Source: Acidobacteriota bacterium
Lineage (GTDB): Bacteria; Acidobacteriota; UBA6911; RPQK01; JADFOI01
DNA: 64,000 bases
Assembly: GCA_963663035.1 (NCBI GenBank)
Contig: OY760074.1
Location: forward strand, 2,426,967 to 2,490,966
Direction: 5' to 3'
Shown: positions 19,494 to 28,765 of the stretch, piece after piece
How the letters are laid out: every line of letters begins with the position of its first letter
Numbering within the stretch: the first letter of the stretch is position 1
Notes under the pieces: generated by a model
Seen by the model: the letters and a program-made list of their open reading frames with translations, nothing else
Told to the model about the DNA's origin: nothing
Database searches by the model: none
Program-made: the position numbers and the translations under genes

Positions 19494-20690
19494 ATGGGCC
19501 AGGAAAAGGAACTGATCGACAAGATTCAACAGGTACTCAGGGAGTTCGACATTCCTGCCTGGCTCTTTTACGGCTTTCGGGATCTTGATCCGATTGCCAC
19601 CCGTATTCTCCAGTTCGGGCCTCATCAGCTGGCAACTCGGCGCTGGTTTTATCTCATTCCCGCAGAAAGTGAACCGAAGAGACTGGTCCACCGACTCGAA
19701 TCTTCCCATTTGGATCACCTGCCTGGCAGTAAGGAAGTCTATTTGAAATGGGAGCAACTACAAGAGCAGGTCAGGGCACTCTTAGAGGGCGTTTCGACGG
19801 TGGCCATGCAATTCTCAGAGAACAATGCCATACCTCATGTCTCGAGGGTGGATGCTGGAACAGTCGACCTGGTCCGCTCCTGCGGCCCAAGGGTCGTTTC
19901 CTCAGGAGATCTGATCCAGCGTTTTGAGGCCGTCTGGAGCCCCAGACAGGTCCAGCAACACCGTGCCACAGCTCTTGCCCTGACTGCCACTGTCAAGGCC
20001 GCTTTTGAGCAGGCTGCCGCTGAAATCTCTTCTCAGGGTGAGAGCAACGAGCTGAGCATCCAGCGCTTCATTTTGGATCGCTTTGAGCGGGATGGGTTGC
20101 TCACTGACCACTCTCCCATTGTGGCAGTGAATGAAAACAGCGCCAACCCACACTATCAGCCCAGCGCAGCAGAATACTCCACAATTCACAGAGATGATTT
20201 CCTGCTGATTGACTTATGGGCCAAGTCCAAAGAGGAAGACAGCGTGTATGCCGATATTACCTGGACAGCCTTTATGGGTGAGCGGATACCCGACAAGATC
20301 AACAAAATTTTCCAGGTCGTTCGCCAGGCTCGTGACCGGGGAGTGGACTTCTTGCGCGCCGGGTTTGAGGAAAGGAACCCTCCCCGGGGTTGGGAGGTGG
20401 ACGACGTCGTTCGCGAGAGCATCCGGAAGGCTGGCTACGAAAAATTCTTTGTCCATCGGACCGGTCACAATCTGGGCCAAGAGATACACGGCAATGGGGT
20501 CAACTTTGACAACCTCGAGACGCATGACACACGACAAGTCATCCCCGGTATCGGATGTACCATCGAGCCTGGGATCTATCTGGAAGGAGAATTCGGCGTC
20601 CGCAGTGAGATCAACGTGTTCTTCACCCAGGCAGGACCAGAAGTAACGACACCGCCTCAGGAAGAAATCTGGAGAACCACTGACAACTGA
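19494..20690 (+). CDS. M24 family metallopeptidase (Xaa-Pro aminopeptidase or creatinase type)
   Basis: The C-terminal pita-bread fold motif HRTGHNLGQEIHG...GCTIEPGIY...E. The ATG at 19494 overlaps the plsC stop. Confidence 0.8.
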   Translation: MGQEKELIDKIQQVLREFDIPAWLFYGFRDLDPIATRILQFGPHQLATRRWFYLIPAESEPKRLVHRLESSHLDHLPGSKEVYLKWEQLQEQVRALLEGVSTVAMQFSENNAIPHVSRVDAGTVDLVRSCGPRVVSSGDLIQRFEAVWSPRQVQQHRATALALTATVKAAFEQAAAEISSQGESNELSIQRFILDRFERDGLLTDHSPIVAVNENSANPHYQPSAAEYSTIHRDDFLLIDLWAKSKEEDSVYADITWTAFMGERIPDKINKIFQVVRQARDRGVDFLRAGFEERNPPRGWEVDDVVRESIRKAGYEKFFVHRTGHNLGQEIHGNGVNFDNLETHDTRQVIPGIGCTIEPGIYLEGEFGVRSEINVFFTQAGPEVTTPPQEEIWRTTDN

Positions 20691-20745
20691 CACCTGACAA
20701 CTGACAGGTGAAACGCTGACCGCTGACCGCTGACCGCTTCAACAG
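20680..20745. repeat. Heptamer repeat array: ACTGACA-type x4 then CGCTGAC x3. It overlaps the last codons and stop of the M24 peptidase gene.
   Basis: cactgacaactgacacctgacaactgacaggtgaaacgctgaccgctgaccgctgaccgc. Confidence 0.75.
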
Positions 20746-20750
20746 GAGAT

Positions 20751-20779
20751 TTGCACCGAGATGGGAGAATGTGTATAAT
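20751..20779 (+). promoter_or_regulatory. Near-consensus sigma70 promoter: TTGCAC, 17-bp spacer, extended -10 TGTGTATAAT
   Basis: ttgcac cgagatgggagaatgtg tataat, followed by GGGAG and the ATG at 20807. Confidence 0.55.
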
Positions 20780-20806
20780 TTTGTCATACACTAGGGAGCC
20801 CCTATT

Positions 20807-21052
20807 ATGAGCCCAAAACGTAAACTGCTTACCGTTTCTCTTCCCCCCGATATGGCCAGGAAGTTCGACAAGCTGGCTCGGGGCGAGGGCAAAAACAAAA
20901 GTCAGCTCTTCAGGGAGATGTTCCACACCTATGAACGACAGCGCCTCGAACGTGAATTCAACGACCTCCAGCGTTATGGTGCCAGCGAGGCCCGAAAAAT
21001 GGGTGTCTTGACTGAAGCCGATGTGGAAGCATTAGTATTTCAGGACCGCTGA
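20807..21052 (+). CDS. Ribbon-helix-helix (CopG-like) antitoxin
   Basis: An 81-aa protein whose N-terminus is RHH-like (KLLTVSLPPDMARKFDKLA). It lies immediately upstream of the PIN gene, separated from it by 3 bp. Confidence 0.65.
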   Translation: MSPKRKLLTVSLPPDMARKFDKLARGEGKNKSQLFREMFHTYERQRLEREFNDLQRYGASEARKMGVLTEADVEALVFQDR

Positions 21053-21055
21053 CGG

Positions 21056-21454
21056 GTGCAGGTTGTTTTCGATACGAACATTTTTATCTCTGCGTTCGTC
21101 ATTCCAGGCGGTAATGCGGATAAGGCATATCTTGAGGCCATCCGGGGAACCTTTGAGCTTCTTACCTCTGTAGCCATTCTGACTGAAACTGCGAACACAC
21201 TTCGCACCAAGTTTGCGTGGTCAGACTACAAGATCCAACAACTCCTCCGCGCCATCAGTGGAACCGCCACAGTCGTCAAGACCCAGCCTCACATTCACGT
21301 CCTCAAAGATGAGCCGGACAATCGAATCCTGGAATGTGCACTCCTTGCCGAAGCTGACCTGATCGTGACGGGAGATAAACATCTGCTTTCTTTGCGACAG
21401 TACCGGGATATGTCGATCATCACACTCGCTGATTTTATGGAACTCATTCAGTAA
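21056..21454 (+). CDS. PIN-domain toxin (VapC-like)
   Basis: MQVVFDTNIFISAF...ILECALLAEADLIVTGDKHL carries the PIN-domain acidic residues. GTG start. Confidence 0.7.
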   Translation: MQVVFDTNIFISAFVIPGGNADKAYLEAIRGTFELLTSVAILTETANTLRTKFAWSDYKIQQLLRAISGTATVVKTQPHIHVLKDEPDNRILECALLAEADLIVTGDKHLLSLRQYRDMSIITLADFMELIQ

Positions 21455-21459
21455 CCACA

Positions 21460-21525
21460 GATCACAGCTGGCAGCCCGGCAACGGTTGTCAGTTGTCAGG
21501 TGTCAGCGTTTCAGGGTTTCAGTGG
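21460..21525. repeat. Heptamer repeat array (GTTGTCA x2, GGTGTCA, GTTTCAG x2) between convergent genes
   Basis: ggttgtcagttgtcaggtgtcagcgtttcagggtttcagtgg. Confidence 0.7.
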
Positions 21526-22794
21526 TTAGTCGTTCAAAACTACGGTTTCTGAAGGAGACACCATTCGGTAGCGAACTCCCCGCCACTCGATTGTGCGACT
21601 CAACAGGGAACGGATGAATCCCAACAGGGAAAGGAGAGAGGCCAGGGGTCCCCAGAAAGTATAAGCCCAGCGATACTTCCGCAGAACCGAAGCGTGCTCA
21701 GGAAACAACAGGGAGACAGCCCGTACTCGAAGCCAACCCTTTACGCAACCGAGGGAGTAGACTGAAGCAAGCAGCACTGCAAGTGGGAAAAGAAGACGAC
21801 TGGAGGCAAGATTGGTGTTCCAGAGCGCGGCCGACAGGAATGCCATTCCTCCCCAAAGAGTGATGCTGTTGAGGGCCTGCGAAGCAAAAGCCATCTTCCA
21901 CAAGTTGGGATGGTAAACGCGAGTAATGGAAAGTTGTCGGCCGCTCCACTCCAGTAACTCTTCGAAGCTGCAGTCCTCATGGGAAAAACTCAGGCAGCGG
22001 GGTTGGAAGGAAATGGTTCGCGAATGATCATGCATGGCCCGGCTGATAGCGTAGTCGTCACTCAAGGCATTCCTCCAGTAGTCGATGACTCGGCAATCCT
22101 GAAACACTTGACGACGCACGGCCATGGCTCCCCCCCAAGCAAAGGCGCTGTCTCCTTCTTTCAAGAGCGATGCCGTCCCGGCATTCCAAACTGAGCGCAA
22201 AGCAGAAGCAAAGTTCCCTCGCTGGGGGAGATACCAACGAAATCCCGTACTCACACCCACCTGTGGATCTTTGAGTGGGCCGATCAGATAACGCAGCCAG
22301 TGACTGGCCGGTCGAATATCGGAGTCTCCAAGCGCCAACACCTGGTCTTTGTCGCGAAGCTGACCAAGGGCATGCAGCAGGTTATGCACTTTCTGTCCGC
22401 GCTGCTCGGTCTTGCCCGCAAAGAGAATTTCAGAACTCACCCCGGGATATCGCTCTTTCACCTTCTCCAGAATGGGCACACAGGGATCCGCGGAGTCCCC
22501 GGTCACCAGCAGAATCTGCAAGTCAGGGTAGTCCAACTCGAAGTAGGCCTCAAGATTCTGTTCAAGTCCAGCGTCGACCCCTTTGCAGGGAAGAATCAGA
22601 GAGGCCGCTGGAGCAAACTCATGGGGTGGCTTACCGCGAAACTTTTGAAACAGCCGAAGATAGTCGACTCCTGCCTTGAGAGAATAGAGGGCCTCCAGAA
22701 GAGAGAGGATTGCGAAAGCGACGAGAACGGCAGGAATAAGGGTCAAGACTGACATTGGCGACTGGCCCCGGCCATTGCCAGCAACCGGTTCCAC
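21526..22794 (-). CDS. Membrane glycosyltransferase, GT2/GT21-like (ceramide-glucosyltransferase or HpnI-like fold)
   Basis: N-terminal TM segment, a DSD motif (LGDSDIRP), GGAMAVRRQVF, and several C-terminal TM segments. Confidence 0.55.
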   Translation of the reverse strand: MEPVAGNGRGQSPMSVLTLIPAVLVAFAILSLLEALYSLKAGVDYLRLFQKFRGKPPHEFAPAASLILPCKGVDAGLEQNLEAYFELDYPDLQILLVTGDSADPCVPILEKVKERYPGVSSEILFAGKTEQRGQKVHNLLHALGQLRDKDQVLALGDSDIRPASHWLRYLIGPLKDPQVGVSTGFRWYLPQRGNFASALRSVWNAGTASLLKEGDSAFAWGGAMAVRRQVFQDCRVIDYWRNALSDDYAISRAMHDHSRTISFQPRCLSFSHEDCSFEELLEWSGRQLSITRVYHPNLWKMAFASQALNSITLWGGMAFLSAALWNTNLASSRLLFPLAVLLASVYSLGCVKGWLRVRAVSLLFPEHASVLRKYRWAYTFWGPLASLLSLLGFIRSLLSRTIEWRGVRYRMVSPSETVVLND

Positions 22795-23171
22795 TGAGCC
22801 GGAGTCACCGGCATGACTGAGAGGCGGGGAATCCTCACCAATGGAAAATCGGAAAATTCCGAATCCGCCTTGACGTCAGCCAGGGAAACGATTCGAGGGA
22901 GTGTTTCTTTGGCCTTCACGTCCACTACCACGAGTTTTGCATCATTCTTTCCGGGATCGGGATAAGGATCGGAAATGACTTCAGCGATTCCCACCAAGGC
23001 TCGCTCCTTCCCGGTATGGTAGATGAACGCCAGATCGCCTCTTTTTATATTGCGTAGGTGTTTCAGGGCCAGATTATTGGAGACCCCATCCCAGATGGTT
23101 CGCACGTCTCTTTCCAGATCAGTATTGGAGTAGTCGGAAGGCTCTGTTTTGAGTAACCAGTATTGCGGCAT
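22743..23171 (-). CDS. EVE (PUA-like) domain protein
   Basis: MPQYWLLKTEPSDYS...GDLAFIYHTG is typical of the EVE/DUF55 family. Confidence 0.7.
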   Translation of the reverse strand: MPQYWLLKTEPSDYSNTDLERDVRTIWDGVSNNLALKHLRNIKRGDLAFIYHTGKERALVGIAEVISDPYPDPGKNDAKLVVVDVKAKETLPRIVSLADVKADSEFSDFPLVRIPRLSVMPVTPAQWNRLLAMAGASRQCQS

Positions 23172-23180
23172 ACCAAAGCT

Positions 23181-24371
23181 CTAGCCGACTTTTTCAGGAA
23201 TTCGGCTCACTGTCGATGCCATCGTCTTTCCGACAGCCTGCTCCTCAGCTCCATGTTCCTCTAACATCTGATCAAAGAGCGACCTTTGCCTCTGCTCATA
23301 CCTGTATTCTCGTTCCGTGTGGGTGGGTTTCGTTCCAAAGAGGTTCAATTCCTTGGCCAACAGGCCACCCAGGACTCCAATCACCACGATAATGACCGCA
23401 GCATACTCATCTAACTGGACCGTGAAGGCAAAAGCAATGATTCCCAGCAGCACGGTGACGAAATACAAGAACAGCACAGTCTGTTTCTGGCTCAAACCCA
23501 GATCGAGCAAACGGTGGTGCAGATGCTCCCGATCTGCAGTGGCGATACCCTTATTATTGATGTAGCGGCGCGTCAGGGCAACCACTGCATCAAAAATGGG
23601 AATCCCAAAAATGATCACGGGCACGATCAAGGAAGAGAGGGCGAAGCTTTTCTGAAATCCGGTGGTGGAGAGACATCCCAGGGTAAAACCCAGGAACATG
23701 CTTCCCGTATCTCCCAGAAACACCTTGGCCGGAAAACGGTTATAGCGCAGAAAGCCCAGTGTTGCTCCCGCCAGGGCAATGTAAAAATAAGTCACCTCCC
23801 CGGCCTCGATATTGACGGAGATTAAAAAAAGCGTCACCGAAGTAAAAAGGGCAATGCCGCAAGCCAGTCCGTCCAATCCATCAATCAGGTTCATGGCATT
23901 GGTGAGGCCCACAATCCAGAGAACCGAAAGAGGAAAGGCCAACATTCCCAGGTCAAAGTAGTCCCTCGTTCCTGTCACAAGAGGATTGCTCGCCAGCTCA
24001 AACTGCACTCCCATGTAAACTGCAATACTGGCTGCCACAAACTGACAGGCGAGCTTTACAAAGGGGTTAGCATTATGGGTGTCATCCCATAATCCTATGG
24101 CAATAATGACCAAGCTCCCCACCATCATGCCCACCAAACTGGTGCTCAGAACCTGGGGAATGTAGACGTTGACTGCGGCCCCCAGCAAGAGAGAAATGGC
24201 CACGGAAAGAAAGACTGCTGCACCGCCCAGTCGGGGAATGGGAGTTTTGTGCACTTTTCTGTCAGTGGGAATGTCTACGGCACCGATCTTAGCAGCGATC
24301 TTGATGGAGAGCGGCGTCAGGAGATTGACGGAGCCCAGAGCCACCAGAAATAAAAAGAGATAGATAATCAT
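23181..24371 (-). CDS. Undecaprenyl-phosphate N-acetylhexosamine-1-phosphate transferase (WecA/WbpL family, GT4 MraY-like). Initiating transferase.
   Basis: A polytopic membrane protein with NAMNLIDGLDGLA and the DxxD motifs of the MraY/WecA family. Confidence 0.85.
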   Translation of the reverse strand: MIIYLFLFLVALGSVNLLTPLSIKIAAKIGAVDIPTDRKVHKTPIPRLGGAAVFLSVAISLLLGAAVNVYIPQVLSTSLVGMMVGSLVIIAIGLWDDTHNANPFVKLACQFVAASIAVYMGVQFELASNPLVTGTRDYFDLGMLAFPLSVLWIVGLTNAMNLIDGLDGLACGIALFTSVTLFLISVNIEAGEVTYFYIALAGATLGFLRYNRFPAKVFLGDTGSMFLGFTLGCLSTTGFQKSFALSSLIVPVIIFGIPIFDAVVALTRRYINNKGIATADREHLHHRLLDLGLSQKQTVLFLYFVTVLLGIIAFAFTVQLDEYAAVIIVVIGVLGGLLAKELNLFGTKPTHTEREYRYEQRQRSLFDQMLEEHGAEEQAVGKTMASTVSRIPEKVG

Positions 24372-25621
24372 TTTAGGCGACCTGCAAGACTTGACTCCTG
24401 CCTTTCCAGCCCAGGTCTGCCGGCCAGCGTATGGGTGGTCCGAGGAGCAACCGTACTGGTGTTCTCAGGTGGCAGATGCCGTTGATAAACCTGGTGAATC
24501 ATTTCCACCATTGAGTCAGCCGAGTGCTCTTGCCCGATTCGATGGGCGCCTGCCTGGCCCATTTTTTGCCTGAGGTCGGGGTCGGTGATCAGGGTCTCCA
24601 GCCGCTTCACCAAGGCGTTCACATCTCCGGGGGGAATGAGATATCCGCTCACCTGATCTTCCACCAACTCCGTCAGGCCACCCACCCCGCTAGCCACCAC
24701 GGGTTTTCCGGCTGCCATGGCCTCCAGAGCCACTCTTCCCATCCCTTCATAGAAGGAAGGAAGAACTGACACGTCAAGAATGGCTGTAATTTCTGGAACA
24801 TTGGTCCAGAAGCCGGTGAAAATCACGGCTTCTTCGATCCCCAGAGATTTGACTTGTTCCCTTAATTTCTCTTCCAGATTCCCATCTCCCACAATCAGCA
24901 GTTTCACTCGGTGCCCGCTCTTCAGAAGTCGGGCCATCGCATCAATCAGCTGTTCATGGCCCTTCCCCTCCCACAGCTTGGAGACCACGCCAATCACCAC
25001 TTCTTCCGCTTCAATTCCGAACTGAGTTTTAAGCTCGGGGCAAGGGGCTTGATTTCGAAAGCTCTCCACTTCAATTCCGCTGAAGATCTTGACGAACTTC
25101 TCTGGTGGGGCGATCTTCTCTCGCTGCGCCCACTCCACCATGGGCTGAGAGACGGCGATCATCTGGTCACACCAGCCTGCCGCCATTCGTTCCAGGACAA
25201 TAAAGAGATGGCGCACGACCCAGTTCTCTTCATCATGAAAGGCAAAGCCGTGAACGGTGTGGATGACAATTGGAACGTGGTTCTTCCTGGCAGCAAGACG
25301 TCCCAGAAAACCCCCTTTTGAGTTGTGAGTGTGGACCAGATCGAATCTCTCTCGTGCCAACAAACGGTCCAGCTGCCACAGGGCGTGAAGATCCTTGAAA
25401 GGAGACAACTCGCTGACAAAGTTTCGGATGGGGTAAAACTGCAGGCCGGCCTCGCGAACCAAGGTTTCTAATTTCCCACCGGGAGCACTGGCGAGGCCCA
25501 CCTCAGCTCCACAATTCGCTGAGCCCTGCATCGTCCGAAGTGTAGCGATCCCCGAGCCACTGACAACGGGAAGCGTATGAACATGCAGGATCCGCCGGCC
25601 GGCCAGAGAGACATTCTCCAT
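24368..25621 (-). CDS. Glycosyltransferase family 4 (GT-B, glycosyl transferases group 1)
   Basis: The C-terminal E...E motif LPSFYEGMGRVALEAMAAGKPVVASGVGGLTELV. ATGA overlap with the wecA-like gene. Confidence 0.8.
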   Translation of the reverse strand: MENVSLAGRRILHVHTLPVVSGSGIATLRTMQGSANCGAEVGLASAPGGKLETLVREAGLQFYPIRNFVSELSPFKDLHALWQLDRLLARERFDLVHTHNSKGGFLGRLAARKNHVPIVIHTVHGFAFHDEENWVVRHLFIVLERMAAGWCDQMIAVSQPMVEWAQREKIAPPEKFVKIFSGIEVESFRNQAPCPELKTQFGIEAEEVVIGVVSKLWEGKGHEQLIDAMARLLKSGHRVKLLIVGDGNLEEKLREQVKSLGIEEAVIFTGFWTNVPEITAILDVSVLPSFYEGMGRVALEAMAAGKPVVASGVGGLTELVEDQVSGYLIPPGDVNALVKRLETLITDPDLRQKMGQAGAHRIGQEHSADSMVEMIHQVYQRHLPPENTSTVAPRTTHTLAGRPGLERQESSLAGRLK

Positions 25622-25675
25622 TCACTATTTATTGTACCGAATATAATGCGTCATCCGCGGTAATCGCCGGTAGGA

Positions 25676-27187
25676 TCATTGGATATTCACAAAGACGGGA
25701 TTTGACAACACATTGTAGATGTTTCCGCGCCACCGAGCTCTCATCCGAAAATAGTGTCGACCCGATGGGAGTTTCTGCGTGCTCGTGATCTGGATGGGTA
25801 GGTACTGCTCAACCTGCTCCACGACCTCTCCGTTTCGGATCAGTTCAAGATGGAAGGGTCTATCCTCTTCAGGAGGATTATGGAGCCAATCCAAGTGAAT
25901 GTGCACCTGGACAGGGGATTCACCCTCCACTTCACCTCCTTGAAAAGCCTTGGCTCCCTCAAAGGTTTCCACACTGAGTTGGTGCAAACGAAGCTTTTCC
26001 TCCGGCTGTTGGAAGGTGGCGTAACCGCTTCCCTCACGAAGTGCTTCAAGAACGGCCGCTTCCGACTTCTCCGGCATCAAGAGGATGGTTTGGCCTCCGA
26101 CAAGGTCGTACCAGCTTCCCGGGTTACCTTTGAAGTAATGAAAATTGATTCCGGTGGTCAAAAAGGGAGGTGTCCTGCGCCAACCTTCGATATAGGAATT
26201 TAGGGCAAGGTCCCATACTCTACCGGGCAGAGTTGCCGTGATCCGATCGCCGTAGATCCCTTCAATCCCATGGTAACCATCGGTCAGGAGGAGATCTTCC
26301 GCGTGAGGCTGGCTCACCATTTTGGCTCCCCCCATTTGAACATCCGGATAACGAGCTTCTGGATAGCTCCAATAGACGATTCCACCCCGTTTATTCACAT
26401 AATCGATCACACGCTGATAAGGAAGAATGTCCTGCTGACCTGAGTGCGGATCACCCAGCCTCCCGAAAGGATAGTTGTTCCAGGCCAGCAGCAAAGCGAA
26501 TAGCATGATGCTCGTTGCTACTGCCCAAGGACGCCGCTTACGCAGGATCGTGTAGTCGCTGAGATGAATTTTCAGGTAGCTTCCTGACACCAGCAGGAGA
26601 ATCCCGCAAAGAAAGATGCCCGAGGGAACGAGGATCAAAGTCCAATGGGTAGCAGTATTTCCCCAGGTCTCATTTCCGATGACCGGCAGATTTTCAAGTT
26701 GCCGCTCCGTCAGTCCCAGGACAATCAGATGGCGGTCGAAATTGTAGAGTGTCGGCTCAATCCAGGGCTCTCCCTTCCAATAGTAGTAGGGCGTCACCTC
26801 CACGCCCGGGAGAATGACCAGATCAGGAAACTGCTTTTGTGCCTCTCGTACAGCGGCAAAGTAACGCCCGATTCCATAATCCCGAACCCCTGGCCGAACC
26901 ATTTTGTTGATTCCCTCAACGGCGATTCGATCGAACGGCCAGATCCCATAGACTACCGTGGTCAAAAAGGAGTCGGTCAGAACCAGTACGTCAATGTTTC
27001 GTTCCCTTGCAAAACCTGCCAGCTCTGAGACCTCATACTCACCGTTGCTAAAGGTGGAATGGACATGAATGGCGGCCGGGTAGTGCTTCAGCTCTTTTGT
27101 TGCAGCTTCCCCCTGAAAGCAAAACAAGAACAGGAGAAAAAGCAAAAGGAAGGGACTGCACTTAGAAGAAGTGTTCAAGAGAACCAC
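25676..27187 (-). CDS. PHP-domain (metal-dependent phosphoesterase) protein with a signal peptide and an internal TM segment
   Basis: Signal peptide FLLLFLLFLFCFQGEA, then PAAIHVHSTFSNGEY (PHP motif I, HxHxxxSxDG-like). Confidence 0.5.
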   Translation of the reverse strand: MVLLNTSSKCSPFLLLFLLFLFCFQGEAATKELKHYPAAIHVHSTFSNGEYEVSELAGFARERNIDVLVLTDSFLTTVVYGIWPFDRIAVEGINKMVRPGVRDYGIGRYFAAVREAQKQFPDLVILPGVEVTPYYYWKGEPWIEPTLYNFDRHLIVLGLTERQLENLPVIGNETWGNTATHWTLILVPSGIFLCGILLLVSGSYLKIHLSDYTILRKRRPWAVATSIMLFALLLAWNNYPFGRLGDPHSGQQDILPYQRVIDYVNKRGGIVYWSYPEARYPDVQMGGAKMVSQPHAEDLLLTDGYHGIEGIYGDRITATLPGRVWDLALNSYIEGWRRTPPFLTTGINFHYFKGNPGSWYDLVGGQTILLMPEKSEAAVLEALREGSGYATFQQPEEKLRLHQLSVETFEGAKAFQGGEVEGESPVQVHIHLDWLHNPPEEDRPFHLELIRNGEVVEQVEQYLPIQITSTQKLPSGRHYFRMRARWRGNIYNVLSNPVFVNIQ

Positions 27188-27230
27188 AAAATATGATACC
27201 CGATTTGGGAGTCAACGTGGGGCACGGAAT

Positions 27231-27689
27231 CTACCTGATCGGATCCCCGTCCAGCCAGTCATAGCCGATTTCCGAATCATCGTGGGGAATACGACCTTCG
27301 TCCTCTGGATTGTAGGTGTGAGAAGTAGCGTAAAGAAGACTTGCGGGCCCGCTGATGCACTTGCAACCGTGAGCGACACCGGGGGGGATCTTGAGAACGC
27401 TTGCCTCGTGGCGATCCCCTAGCATCATTTCCATACTCTGACGGTAGGTAGACGATTCCGGTCGCTTATCGTACAAGACGACCTTCAAAACTCCCGTGCA
27501 GACATACCACCAGTCCGTCTGCTTGTTATGAATATGCCAGGCCTTGATGACTCCCGGGTGCATCAATGAGTGACTCCACTGCCCAAAACCCTCCTCGAAG
27601 AAATCGTCCGTCACCCGAATGATCTCGCGAAAAAACCCACGCTCGTCTCGGTGGGTCTTCAAACTTCTGACAACCACCCCATCAATCAT
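27231..27689 (-). CDS. RmlC-like cupin: dTDP-4-dehydrorhamnose 3,5-epimerase, or a sugar 3,4-ketoisomerase family member
   Basis: A 152-aa protein with DERGFFREI and WHIHNKQTDWWYV, typical of RmlC/FdtA-like cupins. Confidence 0.55.
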   Translation of the reverse strand: MIDGVVVRSLKTHRDERGFFREIIRVTDDFFEEGFGQWSHSLMHPGVIKAWHIHNKQTDWWYVCTGVLKVVLYDKRPESSTYRQSMEMMLGDRHEASVLKIPPGVAHGCKCISGPASLLYATSHTYNPEDEGRIPHDDSEIGYDWLDGDPIR

Positions 27690-28765
27690 AGAGGCGTAGC
27701 CTCGCTTAAGATTTTGACAATGCGTCTGGCGGCATCTCCATCTCCAAAGTCAAGCCGGCGTGCTTGAGGTGGCTTGATCGTTGCAACGGCATGAACGATG
27801 TCGGATTGATCAGCTCCAACCACTACGTTCCAGCCAGACTCTACGGTTTCAGTCCATTCTGTCTCCGGGCGTAGCGTTACACAGGGTACGCCGACAAAAT
27901 AGGCTTCCTTCTGTACACCCCCGGAATCGGTGAGGATCACTCGGGCATTCTGTTCAAGCATGAGCATGTCAAGGTAGCTTACCGGTTTGATGCTCTGGAC
28001 ATTGGGCATTTGAGATAAATCCAGTGCGCCATTCACCCCACTAAGACTGTGTTTCGTCCTGGGATGAATGGGGAAAACAATCGTCTCTTTTATCTCGGCA
28101 AAAGCACTAAGAATGCTGCACAGAGCTTCGGGAGAATCGGTATTGTAGGCACGGTGAACTGTGGCTAACAAGTAGTTTCCTGGCTTTAAATCCAGTTTCT
28201 CAAGTATCTTCGAGCGCTGGCGGGCGACATCGCCAAAGGACAACACCGAGTCGTACATGGTGTCTCCGACAAGGTGTACTCCCCTGGTAATGCCCTCTCT
28301 AGCCAGGTTCTCAATAGCGGTCTTGGTTGGGCAGAAGAACAGGTCAGAGCAGTGATCAGCAATCTGGCGATTACGCTCTTCGGGCATTTCACGATTGAAG
28401 GACCGCAAGCCAGCCTCAACATGGGCCAGGGGAACATTCAGTTTCACTGCAGCCAGGGCAGCCGCCAGAGTCGAATTGGCGTCACCATAAACAATGACCC
28501 AATCCGGCTTTTCCGACTGGAGAACTTCCTCCACACCCATCAGCATGTGAGCCGTTTGGAACCCATGAGTTCCTGATCCTACTCCTAAGTTCAGGTCGGG
28601 TTCAGGAAGTTCCAGTTCTTCAAAGAAAACGCGAGACATCTCCGTATCATAGTGTTGTCCAGTGTGTATCAAGATTTCCTGGTGATGGTTTTTCCTGAGC
28701 TCCTTACTGACGGGAGCAGCCTTGATAAACTGGGGGCGGGCTCCTACGATTGTGACGACTTTCAT
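27686..28765 (-). CDS. UDP-N-acetylglucosamine 2-epimerase (non-hydrolysing, WecB/WbpI family)
   Basis: MKVVTIVGARPQFIKAAPV...HVEAGLRSFN... Confidence 0.85.
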   Translation of the reverse strand: MKVVTIVGARPQFIKAAPVSKELRKNHHQEILIHTGQHYDTEMSRVFFEELELPEPDLNLGVGSGTHGFQTAHMLMGVEEVLQSEKPDWVIVYGDANSTLAAALAAVKLNVPLAHVEAGLRSFNREMPEERNRQIADHCSDLFFCPTKTAIENLAREGITRGVHLVGDTMYDSVLSFGDVARQRSKILEKLDLKPGNYLLATVHRAYNTDSPEALCSILSAFAEIKETIVFPIHPRTKHSLSGVNGALDLSQMPNVQSIKPVSYLDMLMLEQNARVILTDSGGVQKEAYFVGVPCVTLRPETEWTETVESGWNVVVGADQSDIVHAVATIKPPQARRLDFGDGDAARRIVKILSEATPL

